The position numbers and the translations under genes are program-made. Shown in pieces: positions 11,521-25,419 of a DNA stretch of 64,000 nucleotides. The notes under the pieces are model-generated. The model made no database searches, had not been told where the DNA came from, and worked only from the letters and a program-made list of their open reading frames with translations. Source of the stretch: Pristiophorus japonicus (lineage: Eukaryota); assembly GCF_044704955.1 (NCBI RefSeq), contig NC_091999.1:61566001-61630000 (forward strand). The letters are read 5' to 3'. How positions within the stretch are numbered: position 1 is the first letter of the stretch; each line of letters begins with the position of its first letter.

Positions 11521-14500
11521 CCTACCTGGGCAGGACCGGAACCAATGCCCGAGTGGGAGTGTTTGCTAGTGCTGTTGGGGAGGAGTTAAACTAATATGGC
11601 AGGGGGATGGGAACCAAAGCAGGGAGACAGAGGGAAACAAAAAGGAGACAAAAGCAAAAGACAGAAAGGAGATGAGGAAAAGTTGAGGGCAGAGAAACCC
11701 AAGGCAAAGAACAAAAAGGGCCACTGTGCAGCAAAATTCTAAAAGGACAAAGGATGTTAAAAAAACAAGCCTGAAGGCTTTGTGTCTTAATGCAAGGAGT
11801 ATTCGTAATAAGTTGGATGAATTAACTGTGCAAATAGTTCTTAACAAATATGATGTGATTTGGATTACAGAGTCGTGGCTCCAGGATGATCAGAGCTGGG
11901 AACTCAACATCCAGGGGTATTCAACTTTCAGGAAGGATAGAATAAAAGGAAATGGAGGTGGGGTAGCATTGCTGGTTGAGGAGGAGATTAATGCAATAGT
12001 TAGGAAGGACATTAGCTTGGATGATGTGGAATCTATATGGGTAGAGCTGCAGAACACCAAAGGGCAAAAAACGTTCGTCGGAGTTGTGTACAGACCTCAC
12101 AACAGTAGTAGTGATGTCGGGGAGGGCATCAAACAGGAAATTAGCGGTGCAAGCAATAAAGGTGCAGCAGTTATAATGGGTGACTTTAATATGCACATAG
12201 ATTGGGCGAACCAAACTTGAAGCAATACGGTGAAGGAGGATTTCCAGGGGTGCATAAGGGATGGTTTTCGAGACCAATATGTCGAGGAACCAACTAGGGG
12301 GGAGTCCATCTTAGACTGGGTGTTGTGTAATGAGAGAGGATTAATTAGCAATCTCGTTTTGCGAGACCCCTTGGAGAAGAGTGACCATAATATGGTGGAA
12401 TTCTGCATTAGGATGCAGAATGAAACAGTTAATTCAGAGACCATGGTCCAGAACTTAAAGAAGGCTAACTTTGAAGATATGAGGCGTGAATTGGCAAAGA
12501 TAGATTGGCGAATGAGACTTAAGGGGTTGACTGTGGATGGGCAATGGCAGACATTTAGAGACCGCATGGATGAACTACAACAATTGTACATTGCTGTCTG
12601 GCGTAAAAATGAAAAAGGGAAGGTGGCTCAACCGTGGCTATCAAGGGAAATCAGGGATAGTATTAAAGCCAGGGAAGTGGCATACAAATTGGCCAGAAAT
12701 AGCAGCGAACCCGGGGACTGGGAGAAATTTAGAACTTAGCAGAGGAGGACAAAGGGTTTGATGAGGGCAAGGATAATGGATTACGAGAAGAAGCTTGCAG
12801 AGAACATTAAGATGGATTGCAAAAGTTTCTATAGATATGTAAGGGAAAAAGGTTAGTAAAGACAAAGGTGGGTCCCCTGCAGTCAGAATCAGGGGAATCA
12901 TAACGGGGAACAAAGAAATGGCGGACCAGTTGAACAAGTACTTTGGTTCGGTATTCACTAAGGAGGACACAAACAACCTTCCGGATATAAAAGGGGTCAG
13001 AGGGTCTAGTAAGGAGGAGGAACTGAGTTAATTCTTATTAGTCGGGAAATTGTGTTGGGGAAATTGATGGAATTGAAGGCCGATAAATCACCAGGGCCTG
13101 ATGCACTGCATCCCAGCGTACTTAAGGAGGTTGCCTTGGAAATAGCGGATGCATTGACCGTCGTTTTCCAACATTCCATTGACTCAGGATCAGTTCCTAT
13201 CGAGTGGAGAGCAGCCAATGTAATCCCACTTTTTAAAAAAGCAGGGAGAGAGACAACAGGGAATTATAGACCGGTCAGCCTGACACCGGTAGTGGGTAAA
13301 ATGATGGTATCAATTATTAAGGATGTCATAGCAGTGCATTTGGAAAGATGTGACATGATAGGTCCAAGTCACCATGGATTTGTGAAAGGGAAATCATGCT
13401 TGACAAATCTTCTGGAATTTTTTTAGGATGTTTCCAGTAGAGTGGACAAGGGAGAACCAGTTGATGTGGTATATTTGGACTTTCAGAAGGCTTTCGACAA
13501 GGTCCCACACAAGAGGTTAATGTGCAAAGTTAAAGCACATGGGATTGGGGGTAGTGCGCTGACATGGATTGAGAACTGGTTGTGAGACAGGAGGCAAAGT
13601 GTAGGAGTAAATGGGTACTTTTCAGAATGGCAGGCATTGACTAGTGGGGTACCGCAATGTTCTGTGCTGGGGCCCCAGCTGTTTACATTGTACCTTAATG
13701 ATTTAGACGATGGGATTAAATGTAGTATCTCCAAATTTACGGATGACACTAAGTTGGGTGGCAGTGTGAGCTGCGAGGAGGATGCCAGGAGGCTGCAGAG
13801 CGACTTTGATAGGTTATGTGAGTGGGCAAATGCATGCAGATGAGGTATAATGTGGATAAATGTGAGGTTATCCACTTTGGTGGTAAAAACAGAGAGACAG
13901 ACTATTATCTGAATGGTGACAGATTAGGAAAATGGGAGGTGCAACGAGACCTGGGTGCCATGGTACATCAGTCATTGAAGGTTGCCATGCAGGTACAGCA
14001 GGCGGTTAAGAAAGCAAAAGGCATGTTGGTCTTCATAGCGAGCGGATTTGAGTACAGGGGCAGGGAGGTGTTGCTACAATTGTACAGGGCCTTGGTGAGG
14101 CCACACCTGGAGTATTGTGTACAGTTTTGATCTCCTAACCTGAGGAAGGACATTCTTGCTATTGAGGGTGTGCGGCGATTCCCGGGATGGCGGGACTGAC
14201 CTATCAAGAAAGACTGGATCAACTGGGCTTGTATTCACTGGAGTTCAGAAAAATGAGAGGGGACCTCATAGAAACGTTTAAAATTTTGATGGGATAGAAA
14301 GGTTAGATCCACGGAGAATGTTCCCAATGTTGGGAAGTCCAGAACCAGGGGACACAGTCTGAGGATAAGGAGTAAGCAATTTAGGACCGAAATGAGGAGA
14401 AACTTCCTCACCCAGTGAGTGGTGAACCTGTGGAATTCTCTACCACAGAAAGTTGTTGAGGCCAATTCACTAAATATATTAAAAAAGGAGTTTGATGAAG

Positions 14501-14645
14501 TCCTTACTACTAGGGGGATCAAGGGGTATGGCGAGAAGGCAGGAATGGAGTACTGAAGTTGCATGTTCAGTCATGAACTCATTGAATGGCGGTGCAGGCT
14601 AGAAGGGCCGAATGGCCTACTCCTGCACCTAGTTTCTATGTTTCT
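11521..14645 (+). mobile_element. Young CR1 LINE: end of ORF1 and near-complete disrupted ORF2 (APE endonuclease plus RT)
   Basis: LNARSIRNK, GDFN, SDHN, NYRPVSLT, GVPQ, FTDDTKL motifs; tail ttctatgtttcta; several stops and frameshifts. Confidence 0.96.
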
Positions 14646-15899
14646 ATATTGGGATGTTTTTAGTATCGTGTACCGTGAAGACCGATAACAAATATTCGTT
14701 CATATATAAATAGAGAGATAGATAGATGGATAGGTAGATATGTACATATAAAGGTAGATAGATGGATAGATGGAGAAAAAGAGCGAGGGATTGTGTGTGA
14801 NNNNNNNNNNNNNNNNNNNNNNNNNNNNNNNNNNNNNNNNNNNNNNNNNNNNNNNNNNNNNNNNNNNNNNNNNNNNNNNNNNNNNNNNNNNNNNNNNNNN
14901 NNNNNNNNNNNNNNNNNNNNNNNNNNNNNNNNNNNNNNNNNNNNNNNNNNNNNNNNNNNNNNNNNNNNNNNNNNNNNNNNNNNNNNNNNNNNNNNNNNNN
15001 NNNNNNNNNNNNNNNNNNNNNNNNNNNNNNNNNNNNNNNNNNNNNNNNNNNNNNNNNNNNNNNNNNNNNNNNNNNNNNNNNNNNNNNNNNNNNNNNNNNN
15101 NATATATGTACAACATTATAGAGAGGGTTGTTGATATAAATTAGGACAGAGAGTGCAATATGTAGATTATTGGACAGACTGATAGATCGAAAGGTATTGA
15201 TGCAATAAATAATTTGGTAGATTGACAAATGTCATGTTGAATCCCAAGGAGTAGAATAAGAATGTGAACAGATGAATTGTGAATTATTTTGAATAAAACC
15301 CTATCTCTGTTTGAAGTTCTGATTAAGAATGTGTAAAATGCTTAGTGTCATCATCAGGGTATGGAAATCTTATTGTGTGCTGACACCTGATCTACTGCAC
15401 AATGTCAATGAGATCTAATCATACACTAATACTGTGGGAGGATGTCAGGAGATATAAATCTCAGTATGTACTGACACATGATTTACTGCACTGTGGTTAT
15501 GGGGATTCGTCATATACAAATGTAGTGTGAGGAAGTCACAGATGAAAATATCTGTGTCAACTGACACTGGATCTAATATGAACACGTGTTTATCTGTAAT
15601 AACAAAGTCCAGGAACATTGCCCTAACCAGTCCCCCAATAGAGGGAGGACAACTATATCCCGTCTATCTGTGTATGAATTTGATCCCGTCTCCAAACGGA
15701 AGTCACTGAGCTACTGACACATCCTATCCACCAATAGATAGAGCAGACCTTCATCCCCTTGTCCGCGTTTGCATTTCACCTCAAGTTCCAGGGGTGAATC
15801 AAACACTCATCCCACCAATGCTTGTATACTATTGAGGTTCACATCAGAATCCGCATCCAATTGGGGTGGCAGAGGAAAACGGAGAGGTAGATAGATAGT

Positions 15900-18294
15900 T
15901 AAGCATGCTCTCTGCATCTAACTTGTCGAACACCCTCAGCAACTTATATGTTTCAACGTGTTCACATCTCATTCTTCTAATCCTCAATGTGTATAGATCC
16001 AACCTGCTCCACCTTTTTTCATAAGTCACCACATTTATCTCAGGATTCAAACTAGTGAATCTTTTCTGAACTCCATCCAATGCCAGTATATCCCTCGTTA
16101 AATAAGGAGATCAAAACTGTACGAAGTGTTGTTGGTGTGGTCACACCAATATCCTGTACAGTTGTAGCAGGACTTTCCTACGTTTATATTCCATCCCCAT
16201 TGCAATAAAGGCCAACATTCAATTTGCCTTCCTGATTACTTGCCTTACATTCATACTAACGTTTGTGTTTCATGCTCAAGACTTCAGGTCCCGCTGTACT
16301 GCGGCATTTTGTAATCCATCTCTATTAAAATATTAATTTTTTTGTTGTTGTTCCTGCCACACTTTGCCATATAATGCCCCATCTGCCCAATATTTTCCCA
16401 CTCACTTAGACTGTCTATATCCCTTTGCAGATTCTCTGTGTCCTCCTCACCACATGCTTTCCCACCCACCTTTGCTTAATCAACAAACTTGGCCACATTA
16501 CACTCCATTCATTCATTCATGTCATTATTATAGATTGCAAATAGTTGAGGCCATAGCACCGATCACTGTGGCACCCCATTAGTTACCGTTGCCCACCGTA
16601 AAATGAACTGTTTATCCCGACTCTCTGTTTTCTGTTAGTTAGCCAATCCTCTATCCATGCAAATATAGTACCACCGACCCCCTGAGCTTGTCTCCTGTGC
16701 AGTAACCTTTTATGTGGCAACTGATCGAATGCCTTCTGGAAATCCAAATACAGCACAGCCACTCGTCTCCCCTGATAGTTACATCCTCAAAGAACTCAAG
16801 TATATTTGCCAAACATGATTTACTTCTCAAAAAAATCATGCTGACTCTGCTTGAATGAATTACGCTTTTCCAAATGCAATGCTCCTACTTCCTTACTAAA
16901 GGACTGTGGCATTTTCCCAACGATAGATGTTAGGCTAACTAGTGTCTAATTTCCTGCTTTCTGTCATCTTACTTTTTGAAAATAGGACCGTTATATTTGC
17001 GATTTTTCTATCCGTTGGGATCTCTCCAGAATCCAGGAAATTTTGGTAAATTGCAAACAATGCATCCAATATCTCTGCAGCCACTTATTTTAAGACCTGA
17101 GGATGCGGATCATGAGTTCCAGGCGACTTGTCCAACTTTAGTTCCATTATTTTACCCAATACTTTTTCTTTCGTGAAAGTGATTGTTTTACGTTTCCTCC
17201 TCCCTATAGTCACTTTATTGTCTATTATTGGGATGTGTTTAGTGTCTTGTACCGTGAAGATCGAAACCAAATGTTTGTTCACAGAGGGATAGAGAAATAG
17301 GTCCCTCTGTACTGCTGAATTTTGTAGTCCTTCTCTATTAAAATATTAAATTGATTTTTTATGGTTCATGCCAAAGTGGACAACCTCACTTTTTCCCACA
17401 TTATGCACCATCTGCAAAATCTTTTCCCATTCACTTAGCCTGTCTATATCCCGTTTTATATTCATTGTGTCCTCCTCACAACATGCTTTCCCGCCCATGT
17501 TTGTATAAACAGCAAACGTGGCGACATTACACATGGTTCCTTCATCCAAATCGTTAATCTTCATTGTAAATAGTTGAGGCCATAGCACTGATCACTGTAA
17601 CATCCCATGAATTACGGTTTTCCCAAAGTAAAATGACCCGTTTATCCCGACTCTCTATTTACTGTTAGTTAGCCAATCCTCTGTCCATGCCAATATATTA
17701 TCACCGACCCCCTGAGCTTGTATCGTGTGCAGTAACCTTTATGTGGCACCTGATCGAATGCCTTCTGGAGATCAAAATACACAACATCCACTCATTCCCT
17801 CTTATCCACCGTGATAGTTACATTCTAAAATAATTCCAGAATATTTGTCAAACATGATTTACTTAAAAAAAAATCATGCTGACTCTGCTTGAATGTATTA
17901 TGCTTTTGCAAATGCAATGCTATTACTTCCTTACGAAAGGATTCGAGCATTTTCCCCACGACAAATGCTAGGCTAACCAGTGTATAATGTCCTTTTTTCT
18001 GTCGTCTTCATTTTTTAAATAGCACCATTATATTTGCGATTTTCCAATCCATTGCGATATCTCCAGAATCCAGGGAATTTTGGTAGAATGCAAACAATGC
18101 ATCCAATATCTCTGCAGCCACTTCTTTTAAGACCCGAGGATGCGGACCATCAGTTCCAGGCGACTTGTGAAAATTTAGTCCCATTATGCTAACCAATACT
18201 TTTTCTTAAGTGAAATGTTTTAAGTTTCCTCCTCCCCATTTCCACTTTGTTGTCTATTATTGGGATGTTTTTAGTGTCGTGAACCGTGAAGGCC
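15900..18294 (-). mobile_element. Two tandem old CR1 RT fragments (duplicates of 10211-11520)
   Basis: Colinear similarity to 10211-11520, restarting near 17300. Confidence 0.88.
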
Positions 18295-19182
18295 NNNNNN
18301 NNNNNNNNNNNNNNNNNNNNNNNNNNNNNNNNNNNNNNNNNNNNNNNNNNNNNNNNNNNNNNNNNNNNNNNNNNNNNNNNNNNNNNNNNNNNNNNNNNNN
18401 NNNNNNNNNNNNNNNNNNNNNNNNNNNNNNNNNNNNNNNNNNNNNNNNNNNNNNNNNNNNNNNNNNNNNNNNNNNNNNNNNNNNNNNNNNNNNNNNNNNN
18501 NNNNNNNNNNNNNNNNNNNNNNNNNNNNNNNNNNNNNNNNNNNNNNNNNNNNNNNNNNNNNNNNNNNNNNNNNNNNNNNNNNNNNNNNNNNNNNNNNNNN
18601 NNNNNNNNNNNNNNNNNNNNNNNNNNNNNNNNNNNNNNNNNNNNNNNNNNNNNNNAACATATAGAGAGAGTTGTTGATATAAGTTAAGAAATTAAGACAA
18701 ATAGAGCTCTATGTAGATTATAGGGCAGACTGATAGATAGAAAGATATTGATGCATTGAACAATTTGGTTGATTGATAAAAGTTCAATCTGAAAGATTAG
18801 AACAAGAATGTGAATGGACGGATATCTGAATTATTTTGAATAAAACCCTTTCTCTTTTTGTAGTTCGGATTAAGAATGTAGAAAATGCTGAGCTTTATCA
18901 TCAGGGTATGGAAATCTTATTGTGTACTGACAGCTGATCTACTGCACCGTGGCAGTGGGGACCAGTCATATACAAATGTAGTGAGAGGAAGTCACTGCTG
19001 AAAATCTCTGTGTTGACTGACACCGGATCTAATTTGAATATTTGTCGCACTGTAATAACATAGCTGAGGACCATTGGCCTACCCAGTTCCCCAATAGGTG
19101 GGGGTCAACTGTACCCCGTCTATCTCTATCGAATTTTACCCCAGAAATCACATCCAATTGGGGTGGCGGGAGGAAATGGGAG

Positions 19183-19400
19183 ATAGAAACATAGAAACAC
19201 AGAAAATAGGTGCAGAAGTAAGCCATTCGGCCCTTACATCCTGCACCACAATTCAATAAAATCATGGATAATCATTCACATCAGAACCCGTTTCCTGCTT
19301 TCTCTTCATACCCCTTGATCCCTTTAGCCACAAGGGCTATATCTAACTCTCTCTTGAATATATCCAATGAACTGGCATTAATAACTCTCTGCGGTAGGGA
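19183..19400 (-). mobile_element. CR1 3' end
   Basis: atagaaacatagaaac tail and KGYEEKAG-type end. Confidence 0.85.
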
Positions 19401-20229
19401 TCTATCTATCGATCTATCTCCCAATCTNNNNNNNNNNNNNNNNNNNNNNNNNNNNNNNNNNNNNNNNNNNNNNNNNNNNNNNNNNNNNNNNNNNNNNNNN
19501 NNNNNNNNNNNNNNNNNNNNNNNNNNNNNNNNNNNNNNNNNNNNNNNNNNNNNNNNNNNNNNNNNNNNNNNNNNNNNNNNNNNNNNNNNNNNNNNNNNNN
19601 NNNNNNNNNNNNNNNNNNNNNNNNNNNNNNNNNNNNTCTATCTCTCGATCATGCTTTTCTCTCACCATCTCCCATTGCAAATTGCTACATCAACATTTTT
19701 CATTCAATTGTGCATTATTAAATGTAGTTGTAGTTGCTGAGACTCACTACGAGGCCACTTCGTTTCTACTGTCTCGATCCCAAATGTGTTGCCATTTTAA
19801 GTATATGAAAACAAATTGCATGCATCAATTTGACCTGGGCAACGCCACGAGCAATCTGCTGCTGAATATCGGAAGTCACGAGCGAACCTCGGACTACTGG
19901 ACCTCATTGCTGGTGACGTACTGTAACGTTTCCGGCGACTCCAAGCCAGCAGTGGTGCTTCACATGCAGTTTGCATACGGTAGATCTAGTTATGGGACCA
20001 AATAATTCACTGATGGAAGACGATAAAATTTAAGACATGCTGTGTGTAGACAGGGCGGGGAGGCAATAGGAAGGCATTAGTCTTTCGGGATGGTATATGG
20101 TTAGAATTGATGTGGGGACTTGATTTTACCGAGTCTCCACCCATGTTCCTCAATTGGAAAACAGCGACTGCATGGAGCAGGTCCATGTGCTTTTTCCCTT
20201 CCTTCATGATGGATCAGTGGGAATTGTTT

Positions 20230-20985
20230 GGCGTTGATAGAAGGCTACGTGAAGAGAGCCAGGAGAGAGCATGGCAGTGGCATTAGTTTGGGATTCATAT
20301 ACGACAATAGGGAGGGAGTGGCACACTGAGGTTAGTTTCGGATGGATAAAGGCTATGGTGCTTGGGTGGGCAGTGTGATTTTTGTGGCATTGATAAAGGG
20401 CTATGTTGCGTGGGTGTGGCAGTGTGATTAGTGTGGGAATGATATAGGGCTATGGGGAGAGAGCGGGGCCATGCGATTAGTTTGGGATTGATACAGGGTT
20501 ATGGGGAGACAGTGGGGCAGCAGGAGCAGTTTGGGTGAGATTGAGGGCTGTGGGGAGAGAGAGGGCTGTCGGATTAGTATGGGATTTGTACAGGGCAATG
20601 AGGAGTGAGCTGGACAGTGGGATTCGTTTTGAATTGATGCAGAAATATGGGGAAAGAGGGGAAAGAGCAATTTGTTTTTCAGTAATACAGAGCTTTGTGG
20701 AGAGTATGCAGTGGAATAGTTCGACGAATATAGGGAAATAGAAGAAAGCATACTTAGTTTGGGATTGTAACTGGGGTATAGGCAATGAGCGAGGCTTTGG
20801 GATTAGATTAGAATTCCTACATGAATCTGGGGAAAGAGGCGCATTGGTGTTAGTTTGCAATTGGTATCGGGCTTCCGAGAGAGAGTGGCTGTATGATTAG
20901 TTTCGGTTTATACAGCACTATGAGGAATGAGCGCGGCTGTGGGATTAGATTGATATTTATATACGGCTCTGGAGAGAGAGGGGAC
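20230..20985 (+). repeat. Degenerate ~48-bp minisatellite
   Basis: Recurrent gattagtttgggattgatacagggctatggggagagagcggggcagtg unit. Confidence 0.85.
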
Positions 20986-21364
20986 AGGATCACACAAGGG
21001 GCAAAATTGCAATCAGTAATTCCGATCTGAATGAATGGCTTCAGTTTGTGCCGCTATAAAATTTTGGTTCATATCCCAGATTCTATATGTGGACACTTGC
21101 ATTTGGTCAAAGTAAACAATTTATTAATTAGTTGCTTCATCAAGGAGAAATGCGATCAGGTTCTCAACATAGATATTAATTCTCATTGTCTGTTTCTTTA
21201 CCTGCTGTTTGCTGCGAAATGTTGTTTGAATCTGTGAATGTTGTAATTCTAAAATTGGCAGTCAATAAACTCTGAATGTATATGTTAAAGAGCCGAACCA
21301 TTTAATTTTTAAAAAACACCACAATCTACTAATTCAAGGTTATAGCAATGCGTTCCTCGTCTGT

Positions 21365-22420
21365 CAACACCAACAAGAACTTATGTCAATGTAGCGCCAT
21401 TAACCAAGAAAAACGTCCCAAGGTGCTACACAGGAGAGGTTTTAAACAGAATCTGACACCGAGCCTCATAAGAAGAAATTAGGATGGATGAGAAAAAGCT
21501 TGGTCAAAGATGTAGGTCTTAAGCAGCGTCTTAAAGACTGAGAGCGAGGTCGAGAGGTGGAGAAGTTTAAGGAGGAATTATTTTGCTGAGGAACGACGCA
21601 GCTATATGTGCGGCCACCAATTTTGAATGATTAACAAAGAGAATGCGCAAAAGGCCGGGATTTAGAGATGTGCACTGATGTCGGTGGGTTGTTGTATTGG
21701 AGAAGGTTACAGAGCTTAGCGAGAAAGGGATGAATTAAAAAAACAATGAGAGTTTTAAATGGAGATTTTTCTGGAACGAGAGCGAATGAAGTTCAGTGAT
21801 GGAGGAACGGGTCGGTGTGAGTTAGGGCACGGGCAGCTGAGCTTTTGATGTGGTAAAGTTTATAGAGGGTGTAAGATGGGAGCACATCCATCTGAGCGTT
21901 GAAATAGTGAAGTCTAGAGGTAAGAAAGGCATGGATGAGGGTTTCCGCAGCAGATGAGCTGAGGTAGGAGTGGTATATAGCGAGGTTACTGAGGTTAAAA
22001 TAGGCAATCTTGGTGATGGAGCGCAAAGGTAGTTGGAAGCTCATCTCGGAGTCAAATACGATCCCAAGATTGCAGATAGACTGGTTCAGCTTCAGTCAGA
22101 CGCTAGCGAAAGGAATGGAGTGGGTGGCTATGGAACGGAGTTTGTGGCGAGAGCAAAGACGATGCTTCAGTACTCCCAATATTTTGTTGGAGAACATTTC
22201 TGCTCATCCAATACCGTATGTCACAAAAGCAGCCTGACAAATTAGAGAAACTGGTGGGGTGGAGAGAGATAGTGGTGAGGTCGAGCTGTGTGTCGTTGGC
22301 ATATATGTGGAACGTGATATTGTGTTTTTGGATGATGGCCCCGACGGGCGCCGTTTAGATGAGAAATATCTGGGGGCCAGGGATAGATACTTATGGGACA
22401 CCAGTTAACAGCGTGAGACC
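21365..22420 (-). mobile_element. L2-clade LINE 3' fragment
   Basis: AETLIHAFLTSRLHYFN and YANDTQL motifs; L2-type tail. Confidence 0.85.
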
Positions 22421-22579
22421 GCGAAGAGTAGCCCTGGCTTTTGGCAGTGTGTGGAAAGAGGTTTCTACTCAAACCAATGGGTAGGCCCTGATGGAGTGGG
22501 GGAAGGGTGAAGGGAAGGAGATTTTTTCTTGTTTGCGTGTGGAAAGGAAATAAATAACGAATTAATTTAGCGCGCTTGA

Positions 22580-22985
22580 TGAGCTCAGGACGTCTCAAAA
22601 CGCTTTAGAAACAATGAAGTACTTTTGAAGTGAAGCCACTGTTCATTGTAGGGCACGCAGCAGCCAATCGATGCAGTGCAAGACCCGACAAACAGCAATG
22701 AGATTAATGAGCATATAATGCACTTTAATGATGGTGGGTGAGGGATAAATATTAGCCGGAGCACCAGGAAAATTCCCCTGTCATGGGTTCTTTTGTATTC
22801 ACATCAGAGAGCAGGGAAAACCTCAGACCAACATCTCATTAGAAAGACGGCACGTTCGACAGTGCAGCACTCCCTCAGCAATGCACTGTCGTGCCAGACT
22901 ACATTATGTGCTTAAATCGTTGTAGCGGTACTTGAACCCACAACCTTTTGATGTCAGAGGTGCGGGTGCGACTGCTGAGCAAACG
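22580..22985 (-). mobile_element. DeuSINE (SacSINE1-like)
   Basis: Reverse-complement homolog of 6970-7390 with B-box GGGTTCAAGT. Confidence 0.72.
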
Positions 22986-25419
22986 CTGACGCCTTGAGCA
23001 GAGAGGATTACGTGGAGACTTGATAGTGGTCTTCAATATTAGACAAGATATCGATAGAGTAAATAAAACTGAACAGTTTCCACTGGAGGAAGGATCGTAA
23101 CCAGGCAATATCGATTTAAGTTAATCGGTATTAAAAGAGATGGCAAATTAGGAGGCATTTTTGTGCAGTGCGATATTGTGACAGGGTATGCACTGTCTGA
23201 GAGGGAGGTGGAAGCAGTTTTTATTAGTAACCTTCATAATTACCTTGATATATTCTTCAAAAATAAAGATGTAAATGGCTATGGGGCAAGATTAGTACTA
23301 ATTGAACTGCCCCGTAGTAGTTCAGTATTCATTAAGATTTCCATCTCCTGACATTATATTATTACAAACTCTGACACCCCGTCCCAACCTTCAGTAGTTC
23401 AAGTGTCTGTACTCACTGATATTCAATTCTCTGCCCCACCCCCTCCAACCACCATGATTTGTCTACATATTTTAGTCAAATCGCTCACTACTTTTTATCA
23501 GGTTTCACTACACAAGGCAACCCCCCCCCACCCCCACCCCTCCACCCCTTCCGCATTATATTATTACGGTCCCGGGACCAGTCCTAAACTGCTGTAGATC
23601 AGACGTCAGTACAGAGGGAGATCACCAGCTCCTGTCCCCCTTTCTCAATTATATTATTACAGACTCTGGTACCCAATGCCACGTTGCTATAGATCAGATG
23701 CCACTGCACGTTGAGATTTCCATACCCTCATGTTGACAAAGAGCCTTTTCCATTTTCTTAACACGAACAGCAAACAAACATTCATTCACCATGGCAATCT
23801 ATCCATCTGTACTCAAGGCTACTCATTAGTCTCTTAAAATATTAAAATGATTTGTGAAAAGTATTATCGATCTATCTGCATCACTGTACCGTTCTCTGTA
23901 TCTGACTGTCTGTCTGTCTGCATGTCAACCTATATATTGAACTATCTGTCATAATTTATATCAACAACATTCACTATATGTTTGTATATATGTNNNNNNN
24001 NNNNNNNNNNNNNNNNNNNNNNNNNNNNNNNNNNNNNNNNNNNNNNNNNNNNNNNNNNNNNNNNNNNNNNNNNNNNNNNNNNNNNNNNNNNNNNNNNNNN
24101 NNNNNNNNNNNNNNNNNNNNNNNNNNNNNNNNNNNNNNNNNNNNNNNNNNNNNNNNNNNNNNNNNNNAACTGTCTATCTATCGATATGTCTGTCTGTCCA
24201 TTTACGATTGGAATAAAATGATGAATATTCATAATTGCCCGGATTTAGACGGGCTGATGATGGTGTCTGCACAGCGTGCGCCGTCGTAAGTCCTCAGAAT
24301 GGGTCCGCAACTTCTGACTTTCCATATGCGCTGCGCATGCACGTAAATCCCGGAAGTTCCGATCTGTCAAGATTCATCTTTATTGATCATCTGCGATCAC
24401 CCCGAAAACACTCTTCCTTGTGCAGGGCCCAACTGCGCCCCACCGAATGCCCCTGAAACATTTTAAATGCTTAATAAAAGGGACTTTTCATTCATTTGGA
24501 ACTGGGGATTCGTTATTTTTATTAGAATTGTGTTTTATTGAGAGATTTCTCACAAGCTTATGGGAATTTATTTTGTAATTGGAAGCCCCATAAGGTAATG
24601 GTGATTCCCTCTATTTAATTGGTTGGGCTGGCCCAGCCAGGTGATCCCAGGAATGCTTCCGAACCGCCTGCTTCCCTGGGATCCATTGGCCTTTATGCAG
24701 ATATATGCATTGAGTCCGAAGACCTGAAGACTCCAAAGCTCCAGAGACACCAATTTATTTTCGTGTCGCTGGCGTACTCCGGGTGTATGCCTCAGACCTC
24801 AAATTCAGGACCCATATATCTATCTATAATATCATAGAAATCTTATATCTTTGCGATCTTTGTGCGAACTTCTCGCATTTTATGTTCCTATCTCTACATT
24901 TATAATGGAAACTGCTTATGCAAACGTGCCACGCTTTGATTACACTCTCCCGATAGCGGTGGCGCTGGAGTGCCTCAGTTTTGCATCTCCAGCCTTCCCC
25001 GCCTCGACAGCAAGCAATGCCCGATTTTCGATACAAATCTACTTCTCTCCTTCCCAAAATACACTAACTCTTGTTATTTACCTAAAGGTAATAACATGAA
25101 ACCAAAACATAATATAATGAAACGAATGCAGCATGTATAACTTTAAAATGGAGAAGACTTATTTCTGCAATTATTTCTGGTCTAATTCTCCCGCAGCTTT
25201 CCAACCCCATTTATACTGAGCACTAGACTTGTTTTTTGCGCCCTATATAAAATGCCAGGTGAGTTCCACTTGTAATCATCTAAAGCAACAATAATGCTTG
25301 TATCAGGCAGTAAAATATATTCTAATTTACAATTCTGGTGCATTCATGTCCCACACATCAAGAGTCCAATTAAAAGGACCTCAAAAACCCAATTTCTGGC
25401 ATTATACAGGCGGACGCAC

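Larger units (their letters stand above)
9427..19180. repeat. Tandem segmental duplication of a ~0.8-kb block plus adjacent old CR1 (block copies start near 9430, 15101 and 18656)
   Basis: The block starting catatagagagagttgttgatataa... recurs three times, each after an N run; the same minus-strand CR1 piece recurs at 10211, 15900 and 17300. Confidence 0.88.

Noticed and set aside
19741-19795. J-segment-like TFGIET...|gtgag on the minus strand
   Set aside because: No FGxG motif and no upstream RSS.
24230-24815. Possible non-autonomous DNA transposon (related piece near 36950-37120)
   Set aside because: Terminal inverted repeats and TSD could not be defined with confidence.
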